Positions 57,960 through 64,000 of a stretch of DNA of 64,000 nt are shown here, one piece after another. The first letter of the stretch is position 1, and every line of letters begins with the position of its first letter. The position numbers were made by a program, and so were the translations under genes. The DNA is from a bacterium (lineage in GTDB: Bacteria; Desulfobacterota; DSWW01): positions 8,686 to 72,685 of the forward strand of contig JBFLZG010000103.1 of the NCBI GenBank assembly GCA_040756235.1. The letters are read 5' to 3'. The notes under the pieces were generated by a model that was given only the letters and a program-made list of their open reading frames with translations, was not told where the DNA came from and did no database searches.

Positions 57960-59540
57960 ATGCGTGAGGAGTTGACGAGCCTCGAGCAGAACCTTTTGAG
58001 GCGGAATGTGGCAGGTGACATCCTGAAGAGGTCGGCGAGGAGGCATCCCGACAGACGGGCCCTGCGTTTCCTTCGGCGAAATTATACCTTTCGGGAGCTG
58101 AACGAAGCAGTCAACCGGTGCGCTCACGGGCTGATGCAACGGGGCATCCGGAAGGGCGACAGAGCGGCCATTCTCTCGCACAACTGTGACTCTTTCATCA
58201 TCGTGTGGTGGGGGCTGCTCAAGATCGGTGCCGTGCTCACCCCTCTGAACTGGATGCTGAAGGAGACGGAGATCCGGTACATCCTGGACCATTGCGAGCC
58301 CAGGGCGCTCTTCGTGGAGGACGGCCTGATCGGGGGGATCGGAAACCTGAGGTATGAGCTTCCGAGTGTGAGGACCTTCGCCTACATGCGGCTGACGGAT
58401 ACCGGAGTCCCCGGGGACTGGATGAATATCGAGGAGCTGTGGAGACCGGAGAATCCCGTCTCAGAGCCGGAAGTGATCATCGAGAACGGTGACGTCGCCA
58501 CCCTTCTGTACACTTCAGGCACCGAAGCGATGCCGAAAGGGGTGATGAATTCGCACCTGAATTTCACGTCTTCCATGGCGAGCGCCCAGACCGACATCCT
58601 GCTGCGACAGGACGACGTGATGATCGGCGGCATACCGTTGTTCCATGTCGCGGGCCTCTGGATGTTCACCGCGTGCTGCGCTCTGGGCGGCTTGACCGTG
58701 CTGGAGTATCTGCCGGATCTGCGGGAGATCCTGGAGCTGACCCAGGAAGAGAGGGTGACGCGCTGGTGCTGGCCGACCACCGTTTACAGCAATTTGCCGA
58801 AAGTGTCCGGCTTCGAGAACTACGATCTCAGCTCGCTGCGCGTCTGCCAGATGTTCGGATCTCCGGCGCCTCCGGCGCTTCTGGATCAGTGGAGACGGAT
58901 CGTTCCGGGTATTTCCTTCATGAACTGTTACGGCCAGACCGAGATGACTCCTCTCGGCGCAACGATCTCGGGTCGGGAATTCGACCTGAGGCCCGATTCC
59001 GTGGGACGCGCGATGCTGCCGGTGGAGTTGAGAATTGTCGGTGCGGATGAGCGGGAGGTGCCCCGCGGAGAAGTGGGCGAGATCGTCGTCCGAGGTCCGA
59101 ACGTCATGCCGGGGTACTTCAGGGACGAGGAAAAGACGCAGGCCACGCAGAGGGGAGGCTGGCATCATACCGGGGACCTCGGTCGAATGGACGAGTCCGG
59201 CTACCTGTATTTCGTCGACAGGATCAAGGACATGATCAAGACCGGCGGCGAGAACGTCGCTTCTGCGGACGTGGAGGCGTCGCTGCTCAGCCATCCGAAG
59301 GTATTCGACGCGGCGGTGATCGGGATGCCCGACGAGGTCTGGGGAGAGGCGGTGACCGCACTGGTCGTTCCGGCGCAGGGACAGACGCTTGAGGAGAAGG
59401 AGCTGCTTGCATGGTGCAAAAGCCGGATGGCCGCCTTCAAGGTGCCGAAGAAGGTGTTTGTCGTGGCGGAGCTCCCCAGAAACCCGAGCGGCAAGATACT
59501 GAAAAGAGAGCTGAGGCAGAAGTATGCGGCCCCTGTTTAG
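57960..59540 (+). CDS. Long-chain acyl-CoA synthetase family protein
   Basis: YTSGTEAMPKG, YGQTE, WHHTGD, DMIKTGGENV, PRNPSGKILK. Confidence 0.93.
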   Translation: MREELTSLEQNLLRRNVAGDILKRSARRHPDRRALRFLRRNYTFRELNEAVNRCAHGLMQRGIRKGDRAAILSHNCDSFIIVWWGLLKIGAVLTPLNWMLKETEIRYILDHCEPRALFVEDGLIGGIGNLRYELPSVRTFAYMRLTDTGVPGDWMNIEELWRPENPVSEPEVIIENGDVATLLYTSGTEAMPKGVMNSHLNFTSSMASAQTDILLRQDDVMIGGIPLFHVAGLWMFTACCALGGLTVLEYLPDLREILELTQEERVTRWCWPTTVYSNLPKVSGFENYDLSSLRVCQMFGSPAPPALLDQWRRIVPGISFMNCYGQTEMTPLGATISGREFDLRPDSVGRAMLPVELRIVGADEREVPRGEVGEIVVRGPNVMPGYFRDEEKTQATQRGGWHHTGDLGRMDESGYLYFVDRIKDMIKTGGENVASADVEASLLSHPKVFDAAVIGMPDEVWGEAVTALVVPAQGQTLEEKELLAWCKSRMAAFKVPKKVFVVAELPRNPSGKILKRELRQKYAAPV

Positions 59541-59590
59541 GGGAGTGTGCGGAGTGGAGATTGAAGTGGCGCCAGAGAACTCATAGATGA

Positions 59591-59776
59591 AGAGGGTGTC
59601 GAAAAACACCCTCTGGAGAGGCTGGTGAGAAATGGCCAGACGCAAGGCAGGCGAAGTCCTGAGGAACGAGGCGTAGTAGAGACTCGCAGTGGACCCCGGC
59701 CTTCGCCGGGGCAGGCTCTCCACGCCTCCATTCCCATGAGCCGAACGCCGCAGATGGCCGTTTATCGACAGCCTCT
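59591..59776. mobile_element. MITE family A copy with nested REP hairpin
   Basis: Reverse-complement homologous to 281-434; internal GGACCCCGGCCTTCGCCGGGG. Confidence 0.75.
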
Positions 59777-59789
59777 GAAGGGGGGAGAG

Positions 59790-61265
59790 GTGAAGAGGGG
59801 ACTCAAAGCAGCGTCGCTTTGTATTACCGGACTGTTTGCACTCGTCGTGGTCATCCCCCTGGCTCTTGAGCGTTTTTGCCTTACGGAACAGTGGAAGACC
59901 ATCTTCTGTGAGTACCATCTTTGGGACCAGGACGGGCGGGCTCACCACGGGTATTTCAGCACCGGCCGGATTCTGGTGCTCGACTTGCAGAACCTGCAGT
60001 ACGGCTGCGAACTGGGGGCCGGGAACACGCCGGAAGGCGCGGGAGCCGGGGACGCGCAGCCGGTGTCTGTGGTCCACGAGGAGGGTCCTCTCTTGGAGGA
60101 TCCTGTGCAACGCCGGGACAGAAGAGAGGAGGAGGGTCTGCGCGCAGCGCCGCGGCCGCGCGATGTGTCGGCATGGCGCAGATCGATCGACCGGGGCCCT
60201 TTCGAGCCGGACTACGGAATCGATGGTTTCAAATGGACGGACGGCGGCTATTTGTGGGCTGGCCCGACCTACTTGGGGAAGGGGCGCAGGTTCTTCGCTG
60301 AGGGAACGAGATACGACTATGCCATTCCGATGAATGTCCTCTCAGAGGTCGTGCTGCCGGGCGCTCCCATCGACGTGAAGGCGGAAAACCTCGATATTCT
60401 GGGGAAGTTCCCGGAATACAGAGTCCGGTACGAAGACCACTACTTCAAGTTCGACCTTCTGTACAAGGCTCGATGCAATCGGTGGTATCACTGGAACGGA
60501 GGGTTGCCCTTTCGCGTGGGGGATTTCGGGCAGGGAACGATGACCGAAATGCCGTGTGATATAGAAGGGACGATTGTCCGCAAGCTTGAGCAGAGGGAGT
60601 CTGCCGTCAAGGGTGCAGGGGTCATGGAGGACGCCGCGGGACTGCCCTGGAGCTGGTTTGATTGGGGGGACCACAATTGGGCCGCCATCTCCTTCCCGAA
60701 CGGCTGGGCAATCGGCATCTGGAAGGCAGAGGACGACTGGCAGTGGGGGTATCATAGAAAGCCGGAGGAGGCCTGGATATGGGATGCGGAGAAGGAGACG
60801 TTTCACAGCGCCAAACGGGTTGAGCTGCTGGAAGCAAGCCTCGCTCACGATCCGATCAATGACATGGAATATCTGGCAAGCTACCACTGGCGAGCCTATA
60901 CGGAAGAGGGCGTGCTCGAGCTGAAAGGCAAGCAGCTGTGTTTCAATCCTGTCAAACGTGGCGTTCCCTACACACCCTTCACGTTCAAGGAATCGTACGG
61001 CATCGGTGCATATGAAGGAAGCTTCACCCGCGGCGATGGAGCCACGGTCGAGCTGAAGGAAGGGTACGGCACTCCGGAGCACTTTGCCGGGCTCTTCCCG
61101 GACATGTTCTGGATCTGCCCCGTGCTGCTTCTGCTGGCCATTCTGTCCTGGGGCGGGACCGCGGTCGCGGGCCGCGTGGAGAGGGGGCAGGGCTATCGGA
61201 ATATCGTGATTGCGGTCGGGCTGCTGGGCCTGGGCGTGATTGCGCTGTGGTGGTACTGGAGCTGA
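59790..61265 (+). CDS. Hypothetical membrane-anchored Trp/Tyr-rich beta protein (possibly lipocalin/AttH-like)
   Basis: GTG start after purine-rich RBS; one N-terminal and two C-terminal TM segments; WGDHNWAAISFPNG. Confidence 0.6.
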   Translation: MKRGLKAASLCITGLFALVVVIPLALERFCLTEQWKTIFCEYHLWDQDGRAHHGYFSTGRILVLDLQNLQYGCELGAGNTPEGAGAGDAQPVSVVHEEGPLLEDPVQRRDRREEEGLRAAPRPRDVSAWRRSIDRGPFEPDYGIDGFKWTDGGYLWAGPTYLGKGRRFFAEGTRYDYAIPMNVLSEVVLPGAPIDVKAENLDILGKFPEYRVRYEDHYFKFDLLYKARCNRWYHWNGGLPFRVGDFGQGTMTEMPCDIEGTIVRKLEQRESAVKGAGVMEDAAGLPWSWFDWGDHNWAAISFPNGWAIGIWKAEDDWQWGYHRKPEEAWIWDAEKETFHSAKRVELLEASLAHDPINDMEYLASYHWRAYTEEGVLELKGKQLCFNPVKRGVPYTPFTFKESYGIGAYEGSFTRGDGATVELKEGYGTPEHFAGLFPDMFWICPVLLLLAILSWGGTAVAGRVERGQGYRNIVIAVGLLGLGVIALWWYWS

Positions 61266-61280
61266 CGGAAGGAGAAGGAG

Positions 61281-62261
61281 ATGAAGGAGTCCACCAAGAA
61301 GATCATCAGGGCGCATGGATGGAGGCTGGACCGGGCGCTGCATTACTATATTTACTTTGCTTATTACAACTTGTACGTCAGAGTTCTGGTCGCCGCGTTC
61401 GACGGGCTGGCATGGGTGCTCGCCCGGCTGGAGCCGGGCGGGCGTGCCTACAGAGGATTGGACTGGATGCAGGACAAAGCCGCAGGGTTCGTATTTGCAC
61501 GCTACCACGGAAAAGTGCTGTCCCGCGGCGACGTGACCAAGATCATCCGCTTGGAAGAGAGCATCGAGCTGGGGCCGGATACCACCAGGCGGATCGTCCC
61601 GTTCAAGTATGCGCGGGATATTGTTCTGCGGGAACCCGAGCACCTTGCGGTGATGGAGTGCCCCTGCAAGGCGCTCATGGACGAGCCGTGCCAGCCTTCG
61701 GCTTCGTGCATCGCGGTGGGGAGACCGGTGGTCGATTTCTGGCTGGAGCACTGCCAGAAGAACAAGGTGAGGAGAATCACCAAAGAAGAGGCGCTCGACA
61801 TCATCCATCGGCTGCGGAAGACGGGACATTACAACCAGGCCTTTTTCAAGGTGGCGACCGGAGGACGGATGGGGGTCATCTGCAACTGCTGTTCCAAGTG
61901 CTGCGGGGGGGGAATGGGGCCGAGGTTCACCCGGGACTTCTACAAGAAGCACAGAGAGGCGATCGAGCAAGCGTTGGGCGGTAGGGGCGATCTCACGAAA
62001 GCCGTCGGCCTTCTGGCACCGTCGGGGTACACGGTGAGGCACGATCCGTTAAAGTGCGTGCTGTGCGGGCAGTGCCGGGACATCTGCAACTTCGGAGCGA
62101 TCGAAATTCGAGAGGGGGAGCGCCTCTACGATCAGGTTTCATGTGTGGGGTGCGAGCTGTGTGTCGAGCACTGCCGGAACGGCGCGCTATGCCTCGTCCA
62201 CGAGGACCGGGGAGGCTTCATGCCCCTGGATCTGGACCTGGCCAGGGAAAAGCTCGGCTGA
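61281..62261 (+). CDS. 4Fe-4S dicluster domain protein
   Basis: CPCK, ICNCCSKCC, CVLCGQCRDIC, CVGCELCVEHC. Confidence 0.88.
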   Translation: MKESTKKIIRAHGWRLDRALHYYIYFAYYNLYVRVLVAAFDGLAWVLARLEPGGRAYRGLDWMQDKAAGFVFARYHGKVLSRGDVTKIIRLEESIELGPDTTRRIVPFKYARDIVLREPEHLAVMECPCKALMDEPCQPSASCIAVGRPVVDFWLEHCQKNKVRRITKEEALDIIHRLRKTGHYNQAFFKVATGGRMGVICNCCSKCCGGGMGPRFTRDFYKKHREAIEQALGGRGDLTKAVGLLAPSGYTVRHDPLKCVLCGQCRDICNFGAIEIREGERLYDQVSCVGCELCVEHCRNGALCLVHEDRGGFMPLDLDLAREKLG

Positions 62262-62289
62262 AGCGTGTCTGTAGCTCGGAGGGGAGGGG

Positions 62290-62410
62290 GCGGCGCCGTA
62301 GATTTTTCCCGGACATCATGCGAGGCCCTATTGCCAACACGCTGGGCGGCGGCCCCAGCGAAATCCAGCGCATGATCATCGGTAGGGAGTTGCTGAAGAT
62401 CTACGATTGA
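62290..62410 (+). pseudogene. Acyl-CoA dehydrogenase C-terminal remnant
   Basis: NTLGGGPSEIQRMIIGRELL. Confidence 0.65.
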
Positions 62411-62534
62411 TCTACGCCCTCAATGGACCTGGCAGGCGGCAGTACTTGGCTTATATCTTGCTGGGACATCTCGGTGGATCTTTTACAGCAGGCAGGGTGC
62501 TGGTTGGTGCCAGCATGTGAGCCGGGAGGAGACC

Positions 62535-63881
62535 ATGAGTCGCCGAGTGGAGACGATGGAGGCGGATGTCGTGATCGTAGGATCAGGTCCGGGCGGTGCT
62601 GCCATGGCACGAGAGCTCAGCCGCAAAGGACGGAAGGTCATCCTGTGTGAAAAGGGAAAATACAATGGCCGCTTCGGCGCGAGCATCTTTCTCCTCGGAA
62701 TGATGGAGGGGATGGGGCTGACCTTCTCCAGGGAGGGGACTTGGGTGTTCCGTCCTACTACGGTAGGGGGCGGCTCAGTGGTGTTTTGCGGCACTGCCTG
62801 CAAGCCTCCGAAGTGGTTAAAGGAGAAGTACGACATCGAGCTGCAGGAAGAGGTCGATGAGCTTTACCGAGAGATCCCGATCAGGACGCTGCCGGACTCA
62901 CTGATCGGCCCGGGGTCCAGCGCGATCATGGGAGCGGCCAGGGAGATCGGGATGGATTGGAGACCTATGGAGAAGTGGATCCGGCACGAAAAGTGTAAGG
63001 TGAATTGTGGAAAGTGTGCGTTGGGGTGCAAGGAAGAGCGCGCCAAGTGGACGGCAAGGGAGTACGTGGAAGAGGCCCGGAAGAACGGAGCCCAGCTCCT
63101 CCTGGAGACCCAGGTCGACCGCGTGCTGAGCCGAGGCGGCAAGGCCGAGGGTGTGAGAGCGAAAGGGCCCTATGGCTGGATGAACATCCTGGCGGAGACG
63201 GTCATTCTCAGCGCCGGGGGACAGGGCACCCCCCCCATCCTGAAGCGGTCAGGAGTGTATGACGCCGGCCAGGGTCTGTTTGTGGACCCTATGTGGTTCG
63301 TCATGGGGGCCGCCAAGTCCAGAGGGTGCCTCCACGATATACCGATGAGTGCCGGAGTGAACTTGGCAGAGGATGGAATCGTGATGACGGACATGATGCC
63401 GCCGCCCATGATGTGTCTGGCGCTCATGGCGTTTTCCGGGGTGGGTGGGTGGGTCTCCCTGCCGAAGGCCGTTGGGTTCGGAAGGATGCTCAGCATCATG
63501 ATCAAAGTCAGAGATGGACTGGACGGGAGGGTCAACCTGGATGGGTCCTTCTCCAAGCCGATCGATCATGACACCTGGTGGAAACTGGAAAAGGGGGCGG
63601 TACTGGCGGAAGAAATCCTTCAGAAGGCCGGCGTGAAACGAGACGATATTCTCAGAACGTCGGTGATGGTGGCCGCTCATCCCGGCGGGACCGTCAGGAT
63701 CGGTGACATCCTCGACAAGGACTGCCAGACACCGATCCAGAACTGCTACTGCATGGATACGACGGTTCTCCCGGAGCCATTCGGGCTGCCGCCTGTGGTA
63801 ACCGTGGTGGCCATGGCGAAGCGCCTGGCCAAGCACTTGACGGCCCAAGAGAAGGCGCTGGTGGCCCATCCTGTTGCCTAG
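62535..63881 (+). CDS. GMC-family FAD oxidoreductase
   Basis: IVGSGPGG, VGGGSV, VILSAGG, AHPGGTVRIG. Confidence 0.88.
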   Translation: MSRRVETMEADVVIVGSGPGGAAMARELSRKGRKVILCEKGKYNGRFGASIFLLGMMEGMGLTFSREGTWVFRPTTVGGGSVVFCGTACKPPKWLKEKYDIELQEEVDELYREIPIRTLPDSLIGPGSSAIMGAAREIGMDWRPMEKWIRHEKCKVNCGKCALGCKEERAKWTAREYVEEARKNGAQLLLETQVDRVLSRGGKAEGVRAKGPYGWMNILAETVILSAGGQGTPPILKRSGVYDAGQGLFVDPMWFVMGAAKSRGCLHDIPMSAGVNLAEDGIVMTDMMPPPMMCLALMAFSGVGGWVSLPKAVGFGRMLSIMIKVRDGLDGRVNLDGSFSKPIDHDTWWKLEKGAVLAEEILQKAGVKRDDILRTSVMVAAHPGGTVRIGDILDKDCQTPIQNCYCMDTTVLPEPFGLPPVVTVVAMAKRLAKHLTAQEKALVAHPVA

Positions 63882-64000
63882 GAGCCTGTCCAAGAATTCG
63901 ACTCCGGGAGGCTGTTCAGAAATGTCCAGATGCAAGGCGCGCGAAATCCTGAGGAATGAGGCGTACATGGGAGTACGCCGCAATGACGAAGGATGAGCGC
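63882..64000. mobile_element. MITE family A copy (runs off the window end)
   Basis: GAGGCTGTTCAGAAATGTCCAGATGCAAGGCGCGCGAAATCCTGAGG...GACGAAGGATGAGCGC matches the reverse complement of 281-407; starts right after a TAG stop. Confidence 0.8.

Noticed and set aside
59625..59789. N-terminal extension of the 59790-61265 ORF (likewise 41830-42009 of mgtA)
   Set aside because: These run through MITE or intergenic DNA. The 59790 ORF has a good RBS and start downstream, and mgtA similarity begins only at ATG 42010, unlike the pilV case.

Overview
GC-rich bacterial chromosomal segment. Gene content suggests a deltaproteobacterium (Desulfobacterota/Myxococcota-like; inference). (1) 1-21.8 kb is a type IVa pilus locus: a first minor-pilin set (fimT-like fragment, pilV, pilW, pilX), pilMNOPQ and a lipoprotein. 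It converges with a second operon (small secreted protein, vWA-type pilY1, fimT, pilW, pilV, pilX, Ig-domain lipoprotein), followed by TPR, aroQ and an SgmX-like TPR gene. (2) 21.8-45.2 kb is a patchwork island with several gene remnants, an AbrB/VapC toxin-antitoxin pair, a carboxylesterase, zwf, a sigma54 two-component system and an envelope-stress cluster (acvB/virJ, degP-like, mprF, mgtA, dedA). (3) 45.2-64 kb is a lipid/aromatic-ester catabolic region (CoA ligases, esterases, DUF1302/DUF1329, Fe-S protein, GMC oxidoreductase). Several families of small non-autonomous repeats (REP-like hairpins, MITEs, heptamer-armed hairpins) are present. The most unusual signal is that GTAG-type REP hairpins are stacked in frame inside the predicted cleavable class III leaders of the second PilV (110 aa leader) and FimT (up to 157 aa leader). 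No rRNA, tRNA, CRISPR array or intact transposase was recognised. All calls come from reading sequence motifs; no database searches were run.
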